Source: an uncultured Chloroflexia bacterium
GTDB taxonomy: Bacteria > Chloroflexota > Limnocylindria > Limnocylindrales > CSP1-4
Length of the DNA stretch: 64,000 nt
NCBI GenBank assembly: GCA_963810285.1
Contig: CAWEMV010000002.1
Span: 1,757,177-1,821,176, forward strand
Direction: 5' to 3'
How positions within the stretch are numbered: position 1 is the first letter of the stretch; each line of letters opens with the position of its first letter. Below are positions 18,198 through 30,186 of this stretch, one piece after another. Under the pieces are notes generated by a model that was not told the origin of the DNA, did not search any database, and was given only the letters and a program-made list of their open reading frames with translations. The translations under genes were made by a program, and so were the position numbers.

Positions 18198-18437
18198 TCA
18201 CTCGGCGTCGGCAGCGGCTTGGTCGCGCGCCGCCTGCGCCCTGCCGTCGCTCGATTCGAAGGACGCGCCACACACCAGGTCCTCGATGTGACCGGTACTG
18301 AGACCGACGTAATCGGGACACTGCCAGCATCGGGCGATGTCGACGCGGCCCTGGCGCGGACAGGCGACCAGCCCGTCCTCGATCCTGAGGGCACGTTCCG
18401 GTCGGTCCGACGCGTGGCGCGATCGAGCTGCGGTCAT
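18198..18437 (-). CDS. Small Cys-containing protein (79 aa), first gene of the hydrogenase operon
   Basis: ATG 18437 is preceded by GAAGGAG. The product contains 'ACPRQGRVDIARCWQCPDYVGL...LVCG' (4 Cys). The stop lies 3 nt (18193-18197) upstream of the next start codon. I cannot name a family. Confidence 0.5.
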   Translation of the reverse strand: MTAARSRHASDRPERALRIEDGLVACPRQGRVDIARCWQCPDYVGLSTGHIEDLVCGASFESSDGRAQAARDQAAADAE

Positions 18438-18582
18438 GGTTGCTCCTTCGTGCCGATCGTGGCTCGCGACGCGGCCCGCCCGCACGGGCCATCTGTCATC
18501 AACCCCGGAGCCGCCCGGCTCTTGGACGAGAGGGCGCCGGCTGCCACGCTTGGTGCGAAAGCCAGAAGTGCGAGGCCATGAA

Positions 18583-19290
18583 ATGTCGCCGGCCGACACG
18601 ACACCCACGATCGAGCCCCCTCCCAGCCTCGAGACGGCCGCCCATCGCCTCGAGCACTGGGGCTTCTTGGCCGATCCGGACCTGCCCGACCGGCCAGGAC
18701 CGGCCTCGCTGATCGTCGCCCTGCGCGAGCGGCCGACCATGCGCCACTACGATCCCGAGGTCGTCGAGTTCTGGTCCACGTGCGGAGGGCGCGGCTCGCA
18801 TCTGACGATCACCCGCGAGCGACAACGCCGCCCACTCTCGGTCGGCGTCTCGTGGGGCGAGATCCGTATGCTCGACCGTCTCGGCGAATCGAACGTCTAT
18901 CTCGCGTTCGGCGGCCGATGCGACGCGGAGGTGGTCGGTGACGCCCTGGTCGTCGCCTTCACGTCATCCGCCCCGATCCTCCGACGGGGCGGCCACTCGC
19001 AGGGCTGGGACGAGGGAGCGGATGCCGTAGGTGCGTTCTTCGGGCGCCTGCTCGTCACGGTCGATTACCTCCCGGGTTTCGAGGAGCGCCTGGCGGCCGC
19101 CACGCCCCTTTCCCGTTACGCCGCGTTCATCCAGGACGCGGAGCAGCGGGACCGCGACATGCGCATCGCGAACTCCGAGGATCGGCCATTCGCGGCGACG
19201 GTCCGTTGCGAGGCGGCCCGGCTTCGGCGCGACCATCCCGACGATTGGGTCGCCGGCACGGCGCTGCTCGCCGACGTCGGTCGGATCTGA
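18583..19290 (+). CDS. Hypothetical protein (235 aa), divergent from the hydrogenase operon
   Basis: This is the in-frame ATG 18583 within ORF 18337..19290. The composition is coding-like and no domain is recognisable. Confidence 0.5.
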   Translation: MSPADTTPTIEPPPSLETAAHRLEHWGFLADPDLPDRPGPASLIVALRERPTMRHYDPEVVEFWSTCGGRGSHLTITRERQRRPLSVGVSWGEIRMLDRLGESNVYLAFGGRCDAEVVGDALVVAFTSSAPILRRGGHSQGWDEGADAVGAFFGRLLVTVDYLPGFEERLAAATPLSRYAAFIQDAEQRDRDMRIANSEDRPFAATVRCEAARLRRDHPDDWVAGTALLADVGRI

Positions 19291-19411
19291 GTCGGTCATT
19301 CCGACGGGGCCGGAGCGCCCACCCACGACGTGCCGGCCGGCACTGGGGTACCTCGCCTGCAGGACGGACGATATCGATGCCCACCACGGGTGATGAATGA
19401 GGAGTCTGGAG

Positions 19412-19813
19412 ATGAAGAACATCCTGGTCGCCTATGACGGCGAGGCGCCTGCCAAGCGCGCATTGGACATCGCGATCGACCTCACCAAGCGCTTCGAGGC
19501 GAAGCTGTCGGTGGTGAGCGTCGTCCCAACTCGTCCCGGCCGCTCGCCGGTCGACCCGTGGGACGACGGCGCTGTTCATGCCCGGCAGCTGCTCGAGGCG
19601 CGAGAGATCCTCGCGCAGAACGGTGTCGAGGCCGAGATGATCGAACCGGCCGGCGACCCGGCGAAGGAGATCGAGAAGATCGCCGAGGCCGGCAAGTTCG
19701 ACACCATCGTGATCGGATCGCGCGGCCTCGGGACGCTCGGCCGCGTCCTCCAGGGGAGCGTGTCCGAACACGTCGCGACCCACGCGGCGGCGACGGTGGT
19801 CGTCGCCCGCTGA
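19412..19813 (+). CDS. Universal stress protein (single USP domain)
   Basis: 'KNILVAYDGE...' and 'IVIGSRGLGTLGRVLQGSVSEHVATHAAATVVVAR' form a canonical USP ATP-binding C-terminus. GGAG lies just upstream of ATG 19412, and 19397 is an alternative start. Confidence 0.85.
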   Translation: MKNILVAYDGEAPAKRALDIAIDLTKRFEAKLSVVSVVPTRPGRSPVDPWDDGAVHARQLLEAREILAQNGVEAEMIEPAGDPAKEIEKIAEAGKFDTIVIGSRGLGTLGRVLQGSVSEHVATHAAATVVVAR

Positions 19814-19826
19814 GCCTCGAACCGTA

Positions 19827-19857
19827 CGCGCGAGCCGATCCGGCTCGCGCGCTTCTT
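19827..19857. terminator. Intrinsic-terminator-like hairpin between convergent USP and GNAT genes
   Basis: An 11-bp stem (cgcgcgagccg/cggctcgcgcg, 19827-19851) is followed by cttcttcgt. Confidence 0.5.
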
Positions 19858-19887
19858 CGTGTCGGGTCGAGGACTTCGTCTCGGGGG

Positions 19888-20424
19888 TCAGGCAGCGACC
19901 GGCAGCCGACCACCGACCGAGAGGATGGCCTCGGCCTCTCCGTCCTCCGTGGTCGTCATCCGCAGTGGTCGATGGATCGAGCGCAGCAGTCCGACGATCG
20001 CGGGGTTGCTCCACCGGATCTCCGCGACAAGGCGTTCGATATCGTGACGCTCCGCCCAGTCGACCGCGGCCGTGAGAAGGGCACGACCGATGCCGAGGTG
20101 CTGCCACGCATCGGCGACCGCGACGGCTATCTCGACCTCGCCAGGGGCTCGCGGCTCGAGGCACAGGTGTCCGACGATCCGTTCGTGCCCTTCGTCGGTG
20201 ACGGCGACCAGGCCCTCACCGTGGGCGTGGTCCGGTCGACTGAACTGGCGAGCGGCCCGATCGCCGATGCCCCGCGCGGCGCCATGGAACCTGGCGTTCA
20301 GCGAGTCGGCTGAGAGCCCGGCATAGAACGCCTCGAGGCGCTCCAGGTCAGCCGGCCGAATGAGCCGGATCTTGACGCCGGTCGGGGTGCGGGGCGCGCT
20401 GACCATGTTCCAAGCCTGCGCCAT
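19888..20424 (-). CDS. GNAT family N-acetyltransferase
   Basis: 178 aa with 'IAVAVADAWQHLGIGRALLTAAVDWA', which matches the acetyl-CoA-binding motif A (Q/RxxGxG/A). Confidence 0.8.
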   Translation of the reverse strand: MAQAWNMVSAPRTPTGVKIRLIRPADLERLEAFYAGLSADSLNARFHGAARGIGDRAARQFSRPDHAHGEGLVAVTDEGHERIVGHLCLEPRAPGEVEIAVAVADAWQHLGIGRALLTAAVDWAERHDIERLVAEIRWSNPAIVGLLRSIHRPLRMTTTEDGEAEAILSVGGRLPVAA

Positions 20425-20479
20425 CGCCCGCTCCCGGGGCAGGGCCGAACGTCATGTCTGGACACGACGATGCGACCAC

Positions 20480-23038
<2,559 letters not shown>

Positions 23039-23160
23039 GCCCCGATGCTCCCACGGCAAGGACAGGAGCGGGTCGGGCCGAGCGTCACCCGGATCGGGTC
23101 CGTCCGGCACGTCCGCGATCGGCCGTCGGCGGCGCATCGTGGCCTCGAAGGAGTACCCAG

Positions 23161-24096
23161 ATGAAGGTCCTGCTTGCAGTCGACGGTTCGGATGCCTCGA
23201 TGTCGGCCGTCGCCGCCGCTCATAGGCTGGCGACCCCGGCCAGATCGTCGATCGAGGTCGTCAGCGTGATCCCCGACTCGTTCGCCACGGACGGGAGTCC
23301 CTGGCCCAACGTCGTCCGGGTCGACCCACCGAGCGATCGCGATCGCGTCCGCGACGATGTCGCCACCCGGCTCGAGGAGATCGCGAGCCGTTTCCGTCCC
23401 GACCGCATGTCGGTCGAGGCGAAGGTGCTGGAGGGACGACCGGCCACCGAGATCGTCGCCGAGGCCACCCGGTCCGGCGCCGACCTCATCGTGATCGGCG
23501 CACGCGGGCAGAGCGCCGTTCGACGACTCCTGCTCGGTTCGGTGTCGTCCGAGGTCGTCGATCACGCCCCGTGCCCGGTCCTCGTCGCTCGCCATGCCGG
23601 CATCGACCGGGTCATGCTCGCGACCGACGGGTCGCCGGGCGCCCTCGACGCAGCCGGGTTCATCGCCGACACAGGTCTGTTCGGGAGCGCCCGGATCCGG
23701 GTCGTGAGCATCGTCGACCCGGGCATGCCGTGGTGGGCGGGCATCGCGCCGGTCGACGGGGCGGCATCGGTCGAGGCCTATCGGGACGCGGTCGAGGTTT
23801 CGGAGCAGCACGCCCGCGAGGCCGCCGAGAAGGCAGCGGCGCGGCTGCGCGGCCTGCAGGTCGAGGCGGAAGCGCTGACGGGTGGGGACGTCGTCGCGGC
23901 GATCCTCGACGAGGCCACTGCCTGGCGCCCCGACGTCATCGTCCTCGGGGCGCGCGACATCGGAACGGTGCGTCGATGGCTGCTCGGCAGCGTGTCGCGG
24001 TCGATCCTCCATCACGCCGAGGCGTCGGTCCTGATCGTCCGGTCAGGGGCGGCGGCCGCACCCGCCCAGGAGGCAACGCTGGCGACGTCGGCCTGA
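23161..24096 (+). CDS. Tandem universal stress protein (two USP domains)
   Basis: 311 aa with two repeats, each ending in the 'GxRG...LLGSVS..V..HA.CPVLV' pattern. Confidence 0.85.
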   Translation: MKVLLAVDGSDASMSAVAAAHRLATPARSSIEVVSVIPDSFATDGSPWPNVVRVDPPSDRDRVRDDVATRLEEIASRFRPDRMSVEAKVLEGRPATEIVAEATRSGADLIVIGARGQSAVRRLLLGSVSSEVVDHAPCPVLVARHAGIDRVMLATDGSPGALDAAGFIADTGLFGSARIRVVSIVDPGMPWWAGIAPVDGAASVEAYRDAVEVSEQHAREAAEKAAARLRGLQVEAEALTGGDVVAAILDEATAWRPDVIVLGARDIGTVRRWLLGSVSRSILHHAEASVLIVRSGAAAAPAQEATLATSA

Positions 24097-24166
24097 TCCG
24101 AGCGCGTCGGTCGGGTCGGGGCGGTAGGCTGGAGTCGGCCAACCTGGCTCGCCCGACGAGGGATCG

Positions 24167-26550
24167 ATGGCCCAGACCGCATCGCATCCGGCCCACCGCG
24201 CGCGCCGACCGGACGACGAGGAGCTCCGGCTGATCGACGCGTACTGGCGCGCCGCCAACTACCTGTCGGTCGGCCAGATCTACCTGCTCGCCAACCCGCT
24301 CCTCCGGGAGCCGCTGCGGGCCGAGCACACCAAGCCGCGGCTCCTCGGCCACTGGGGGACGACGCCCGGGCTGAACCTCGTGTACGTCCACGCCAACCGC
24401 GTCATCAAGGCCCGCGACCTCGACGCGATCTGGATCGTCGGCCCCGGTCACGGCGGGCCCGCGGCGGTCGCCAACGCCTACCTCGAGGGCACGTCGAGCG
24501 AGGTCTACCCCGATCTCACGATGGACGAGGCGGGGATGGGCCGGCTGTTCCGCCAGTTCTCGTTCCCGGGCGGCGTGGGCAGCCACGTGACGCCCGAGAC
24601 GCCCGGCTCCATCCACGAGGGAGGGGAGTTGGGCTATGCGCTCGTCCATGCATTCGGCGCCGCATTCGACAACCCGGACCTCGTGGTGTTCTGCGTGGTC
24701 GGCGACGGCGAGGCCGAGACCGGACCGCTCGCCGCCAGCTGGCACTCGAACAAGTTCCTGAACCCGCGCGTCGACGGCTCGGTCGTGCCGATCCTCGCCC
24801 TCAACGGCTACAAGATCGCCAACCCGACGGTGCTCGACCGGATCCCGGAGAGCGAGCTGATCAGCCTGTTCGAGGGCTATGGCTACGCGCCGTACATCGT
24901 CGCCGGCGACGACCCCTCGTTCGTGCACCGTGCGATGGCCGAGACCTTCGATTCCGTCGTCGACGACCTCGACCGGATCAAGGCGGCGGCCCGCTCGGGT
25001 GACACCGCGAGGCCGCGCTGGCCGATGGTCATCCTGCGGACGCCCAAGGGTTGGACCGGCCCGAAGAGCGTCGACGGCAAGCCGACGGAGGGCACGTTCC
25101 GGTCCCACCAGGTGCCGATGGCCGACGTGCGGACGAACCCGGGTCACCTGTCCCAGCTCGAGGACTGGCTCCGCTCGTACCAGCCGGACGACCTGTTCGA
25201 CGAGCAGGGCACCCTGCGCTCCGAGCTCGCCGCGCTGGCCCCGAGCGGCGCCCGACGGATGAGTGCCAACCCGCACGCCAACGGCGGCCTGCTGCTCCAC
25301 GACCTGCGGCTGCCCCACTTCGGCGACTACGCGGTCGAGGTGCGGGCGCCCGCCACCGAGCTCAGCGAGGCGACACGGGTGCTCGGGGCGTACCTGCGCG
25401 ACGTGATCACGGCCAACCCGAGCACGTTCCGACTGTTCGGCCCGGACGAGACCGCGTCGAACCGGCTGGATGCGGTGTTCGAGGCGACCGATCGCACGTG
25501 GCTGGCCGAGACGCGCCCAACGGATGAGCACCTCGCGCCCGACGGGCGGGTCATGGAGGTGCTCTCGGAGCACCTCTGCCAGGGCTGGCTGGAGGGCTAT
25601 CTGCTCACCGGGCGCCATGGCCTGTTCAGCTGCTACGAGGCGTTCATCCACGTCATCGACTCGATGTTCAACCAGCACGCCAAGTGGCTGAAGATGACCG
25701 GCGAGATCCCGTGGCGCCGGCCGATCGCGTCGCTCAACTACCTGCTGACGAGCCACGTCTGGCGCCAGGACCACAACGGGTTCAGCCATCAGGACCCGGG
25801 CTTCATCGACCACGTCGTCAACAAGAAGGCCGAAGTCATCCGCGTTTACCTGCCGCCGGACACCAACACCCTGCTCTCGGTCGCCGACCACTGCCTGCGC
25901 AGCCGCGACTACGTGAACGTCATCGTCGCGGGCAAGCAGCCGGCGCTCGACCTATCTCTCGATGGACGACGCGATCCTCCACGCGACGCGTGGCCTCGGC
26001 ATCTGGGACTGGGCGAGCAACGACGAGGGCGACCCCGACGTCGTCGTCGGGTCGTGCGGCGACATCCCGACGCTCGAGGCACTGGCCGCCGTGGCGATCC
26101 TCCGCGAACGGCTGCCCGACCTGCGCATCCGGTTCGTCAACGTCGTCGACCTGATGCGCCTGCAGGACCCCGGCGAGCATCCGCACGGGCTGCCGGACCG
26201 CGAGTTCGACGCGATCTTCACGACCGATCGCGCCGATCGTCTTCGCGTATCACGGCTACCCGTGGCTCATCCATCGGCTGACGTACCGACGCACGAACCA
26301 CGGGAACCTGCACGTCCGCGGCTACAAGGAGGAGGGCACGGTCACCACCCCCTTCGACATGGTCATGCGCAACGACCTGGACCGGTTCCACCTGGCCATC
26401 GACGTCATCGACCGGGTCCCGGGTCTCGCGTCCACCGCGGCGGCCGTCCGCCAGGACCTCGTCGACGAGCGCCTGCGGGCGCGGGCGTACGCACGCGAAC
26501 ACGGCGAGGACCCGCCCGAGATCCGTGACTGGCGGTGGCAGCCGGCGTGA
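24167..26550 (+). pseudogene. xfp: Phosphoketolase (xylulose-5-P/fructose-6-P phosphoketolase), two frame changes
   Basis: '[18 protein letters not shown]', '[12 protein letters not shown]' and 'EGGELGY' are present. The frame of ORF 24167..26281 is lost near 25945 after '[10 protein letters not shown]'. It continues in ORF 25962..26528 ('[24 protein letters not shown]') and shifts again near 26228 into ORF 26359..26550's frame ('[23 protein letters not shown]...'). The stop is TGA at 26548-26550. Confidence 0.85.
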
Positions 26551-27674
26551 CCGCCGGGCGCGTCCTCGTCCTCAACGCCGGATCGGCCACGCTCAAGGGC
26601 ACGGTCCTCGACCGACCCGCCGCCGAGCCCGTGTCCGATCGCACGATCGACTGGGACGTGGCGCCCGGCGCCGACGCGGACGCCGCGCTCGATGCGATGC
26701 TCGAGTCGGTCGCGACCGCCGGCGTCGCAACCGACTCGATCGACGTCGTCGGCCATCGGGTCGTCCACGGTGGAGAGGCCTTCAGCGTGCCGACCGTGAT
26801 CGACGACGACATGCTGGTCGATGCTCGAGGGCATCGCCGACCTTGCGCCTCTCCACAACCCGGTCGCGACCGCCACGATCCGGGCGGCTCGGCGCCGGTT
26901 GCCGGGCATCCCGCACGTCGCGGACTTCGACACCGCGTTCCACGCGACGCTGCCGGTGGAGGCCCGTCGCTACCCCGTGCCCGACGATTGGATCGCCGAT
27001 CATGGCATCCGCCGGTTCGGATTCCACGGTCTCTCGGTCGAGTGGTCGGTCGCCCGTGCGGCCGCGCTGCTCGAACGGCCGGCCGGAGAGCTCCGCCTCG
27101 TCGTCGCGCATCTCGGTGGGGGATGCTCGGTCACCGCCGTCGACCGGCGGTCGCTCGGTCGACACCTCGATGGGGCTGACGCCCATGGAAGGCCTGATGA
27201 TGGCGACCCGCGTCGGGGTCGATCGATCCCGGCATCGTCTTTCGCCTGTTGCGTGCCGGCGTCGACGCCGACCGGATCGAGCGTCGACTCGACCACGAAT
27301 CGGGTCTCCACGGTGTCGGCGGCAGCGCCGACATGCGCCGGCTGCTCCAGCGTGAGGGCGACGGCGACGAGCGCGCCGCCCTGGCCATCGAGCTGTTCGC
27401 CCGGCGGGCCGCGGCCGGCATCGCAGCGGCCGCGACGGCGCTCGCGGGCCTCGACGCGCTGGTGTTCACGGGGGGCATCGGGGAGGGCGCTGCCTCGGTA
27501 CGCTCGCGCATCTGCGAGCGAGTCGGGATCCTGGGCGTGCCGGCGATCGGCGAGAGCGACGCTGACTGGGAGACCATCCTCGCCCGGGGCCCGACCGGCA
27601 CGTCGGTCGTCGTGGTGCACGCGCGCGAGGACATCGTCATCGCCGACCACGCGCTCGCGGTGGTCGCTTCCTAG
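26547..27674 (+). pseudogene. ackA: Acetate kinase, three frame changes
   Basis: The start forms a GTGA overlap with the xfp stop. 'VLVLNAGSATLK' and 'HRVVHGG' occur before a shift near 26822. 'LAPLHNP' and 'FGFHGLS' occur before a shift near 27140. 'DTSMGLTPMEGLMMATR' occurs before a shift near 27212. 'SIDPGIVFRLL...FTGGIGE' follows, with the stop ending at 27674. Confidence 0.85.
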
Positions 27675-27875
27675 CGGGATCACGCGCCCACCGACGCCGT
27701 CGTTCGCGCCGTCACCCGAGTCGCAAAGTCCCGACCGGCGTGTGACCTATGGACCCCGAGCCCCAGTCCGAACGTCGCCGCGAAGGGTCCGTTCGGCAAC
27801 GGTCGCTGGCCGATGGCAGGGATGACAGTGGTCCCATCAGCAAAACAAGCCAGTGCAGTGGAAAGGGATACGACG

Positions 27876-28565
27876 ATGACCGGACGATTGCGAGGCCTCG
27901 GCCTCATCCTGGCGGTGCTCGGCCTGGCCTTCATGGCCGGCGGTGCCTACGCGTTCATCCGCACCCAGGAGGGCGTGCGCTCCCTCCAGGCGTTCAGCGC
28001 GGCCCAGGACATCAAGCTCAGCTACAACGAGCAGGGTGTGCTGGTCGATCGCGGCGAGCCGGCTGGGGCCCAGGAGATCCTGGCGCTGCTCGAGAAGGAC
28101 TGGGGCTACCCGGTCGTCGCGGGCGACTTGAACCCCAACGACCCGTTGGTGAACACGCCGAGCGAGTACATGTACCAGATGGCAACGGTCGCCTATCACA
28201 CGCTCCATGGCACGCAGACGGTCGTCCTCGACGAGCCGGTGGAGTACGAGGGCGAGACCTTCCCGGCCGGCGAGTATGAGTTCGCGGTCGACGGTCGCTA
28301 CTGGACCGGCTTCGACCGACTCCATCCGATCGAGGGCCCGGCTCGTGAGATGGCGTGGACCGGCACGGCCCATGCGCTCATCGCGAACCTCGGAGTCGGC
28401 ACGGTCACGGCATCGACCCTGCAGATGGGCTTCGGCCTGGCGGCCCTGTTCGCCGCGATCGGGTTCACGGTCCTGGTCACGGGACTGGGCCTGGTCTGGG
28501 CGACCCGCGCCGCGACCGAGACCGAGACCCGCAAGGTGCCACTGCCGCAGCCGATGCCTGCCTGA
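27876..28565 (+). CDS. Membrane protein, N- and C-terminal TM segments flanking an extracytoplasmic domain of about 170 aa; unknown function
   Basis: This is the in-frame ATG 27876 within ORF 27813..28565. The TM segments are 'LGLILAVLGLAFMAGGAYAF' and 'GFGLAALFAAIGFTVLVTGLGLVW'. Confidence 0.55.
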   Translation: MTGRLRGLGLILAVLGLAFMAGGAYAFIRTQEGVRSLQAFSAAQDIKLSYNEQGVLVDRGEPAGAQEILALLEKDWGYPVVAGDLNPNDPLVNTPSEYMYQMATVAYHTLHGTQTVVLDEPVEYEGETFPAGEYEFAVDGRYWTGFDRLHPIEGPAREMAWTGTAHALIANLGVGTVTASTLQMGFGLAALFAAIGFTVLVTGLGLVWATRAATETETRKVPLPQPMPA

Positions 28566-28610
28566 GCATCGAGGGCACACCCGGACCACCGGTCCGGACG
28601 GAGGAACGGG

Positions 28611-28637
28611 CCCGACCGCGAGGTCGGGTCGTTCTTC
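28611..28637 (+). terminator. Intrinsic terminator-like hairpin (cccgacc-gcga-ggtcggg followed by tcgttcttc)
   Basis: The stem-loop plus T-rich tail was read directly. It lies downstream of the 27876..28565 gene and overlaps the convergent HD gene's stop. Confidence 0.45.
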
Positions 28638-29217
28638 ATGCCAGGCGTTCCATCTCCGACACGGTGAGGTCCAGCTCCTCGACGAGATGCGACTCGCTGG
28701 CCGGGTTGGCGCGGAACGTCTCGACCAGCGTCCGGTAGTACCAGAGCCGATCATCACGGCCACCGTCGAACCGATCCCATGTCTGGCTCCCGAGACGACG
28801 AAGGTCGATGACGATGGCCCGGGCGTTGGCGAGCTTGTCTGACGCCGACACGAGGAGCACCGGCGCATCGGCCGTGGCGAGGTGGGACAGGTAGCGCTGC
28901 TTGCGCTCGAGCCACGGGGGCTTCGGGTCGTCGTCCGCCTCGGAGTCGGTGCATGCCTCGACGATGCGCAGCACCTCGGGCCCGAAACGGGCGACCGCCG
29001 CGCGGGCGCGAGGCGTCGGCTCGACATCCTCGATCACGTCATGCAGCAACGCGGCGATCGCCTGGTCCTCGTCGGCCCCGAACTCGAGCGCGATCGCGCA
29101 CGTCCCGAGCAGGTGGCTGACATACGGGACGCTGGTGCCCTTGCGGGTCTGGGAACCATGCAGCTCGGCGGCGACCCCCAACGCCTCGATGAACCGGTCG
29201 GTGTAGAGGGTGGGCAT
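28636..29217 (-). CDS. HD-domain phosphohydrolase (RelA/SpoT-type (p)ppGpp-hydrolase-like HD_4)
   Basis: This is the tail of ORF 28636..29709, starting at ATG 29217. It contains 'AAELHGSQTRKGTSVPYVSHLLGT...AALLHDVIEDV', the HD motif. Confidence 0.8.
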   Translation of the reverse strand: MPTLYTDRFIEALGVAAELHGSQTRKGTSVPYVSHLLGTCAIALEFGADEDQAIAALLHDVIEDVEPTPRARAAVARFGPEVLRIVEACTDSEADDDPKPPWLERKQRYLSHLATADAPVLLVSASDKLANARAIVIDLRRLGSQTWDRFDGGRDDRLWYYRTLVETFRANPASESHLVEELDLTVSEMERLA

Positions 29218-29269
29218 GCCTACATCATGCCTGCGGCGCCCCGTGGCCGCGCGTGGCAGAGTCTCCCTG

Positions 29270-30163
29270 ATGGCGCATGCCCACGGTTCCGCAGCCGCAG
29301 CGCATCGGGGTCGGCTGACAGCCGTCCTCGGTCTGACGCTCGCCGTCTTCGTGATCCAGCTCGTCGGCGGGCTCGTGTCGAACAGCCTCGCCCTCGTCGC
29401 CGACGCGGGCCACAACTTCACCGACGTCGCCGGGGTGAGCCTCGCATTGCTGGCCATCCACTTCGGGGGCCGGCCGGCGACCGGGGGCCGGACGTTCGGC
29501 TTCCTGCGGCTCGAGATCCTCGCTGCCGTCGTGAACGCCGTCTTCCTGTTCGGCATCGCGGCGATCGTCCTGATCGAGGCGATCCGCCGGTGGTCGGATC
29601 CGCCGCCGATCGCATCGGGCCTGATGCTGGCCATCGCGGTGTTCGGCCTGATCGTCAATGCGGTCTCGGTGTACATGCTGCGCGACGCCCAGCACGCCAG
29701 CCTCAACATGCGCGGGGCCTATTTGGAGGTCATGGGCGATCTGGCCGGATCGCTCGCCGTCCTGGTCGCGGCGGTCGTGATCGCGGTGACCGGTTGGCGG
29801 CAGGCCGACCCGCTGGCCTCGATCCTCATCGCCGTGCTGATCCTGCCGCGGACCTGGAGGCTGCTCCGCGATGCCGTCGACGTGTTGCTGGAGGCCACAC
29901 CAAAGGGGATCGACCTCGATCACATCCGCCGGCACATCCTCGATGTGTCGGGTGTGACCGACGTCCATGACCTCCACGCGTGGACGATCACGTCCGGCAT
30001 GAACGTCGTTTCGGCGCACGTCGTGCTCGGTCCGGGCGCCGACCCTCCGGCGGTGCTCGACGAGTTGTGCAGCTGCCTGGCCGGCGACTTCGACATCGAG
30101 CACTCGACGTTCCAGCTCGAGACCTCGGACCGTCGGCGCCTCGAGGAGCTGGCCCACGGCTGA
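29270..30163 (+). CDS. Cation diffusion facilitator (CzcD/ZitB-type Zn/Co/Cd efflux)
   Basis: The start is in-frame ATG 29270 ('MAHAHGS'). 'SLALVADAGHNFTDV' and 'HVWTI/HAWTITSG' are CDF signatures, and there are 6 TM segments. Confidence 0.9.
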   Translation: MAHAHGSAAAAHRGRLTAVLGLTLAVFVIQLVGGLVSNSLALVADAGHNFTDVAGVSLALLAIHFGGRPATGGRTFGFLRLEILAAVVNAVFLFGIAAIVLIEAIRRWSDPPPIASGLMLAIAVFGLIVNAVSVYMLRDAQHASLNMRGAYLEVMGDLAGSLAVLVAAVVIAVTGWRQADPLASILIAVLILPRTWRLLRDAVDVLLEATPKGIDLDHIRRHILDVSGVTDVHDLHAWTITSGMNVVSAHVVLGPGADPPAVLDELCSCLAGDFDIEHSTFQLETSDRRRLEELAHG

Positions 30164-30186
30164 GTGCCGTCGGATCCGGCCTGTCG

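Noticed and set aside
27675-27875. 200-nt intergenic region after ackA, examined for a riboswitch (ZTP, c-di-AMP or Mn types)
   Set aside because: I could not match any riboswitch consensus by eye. Only weak local pairing is present.
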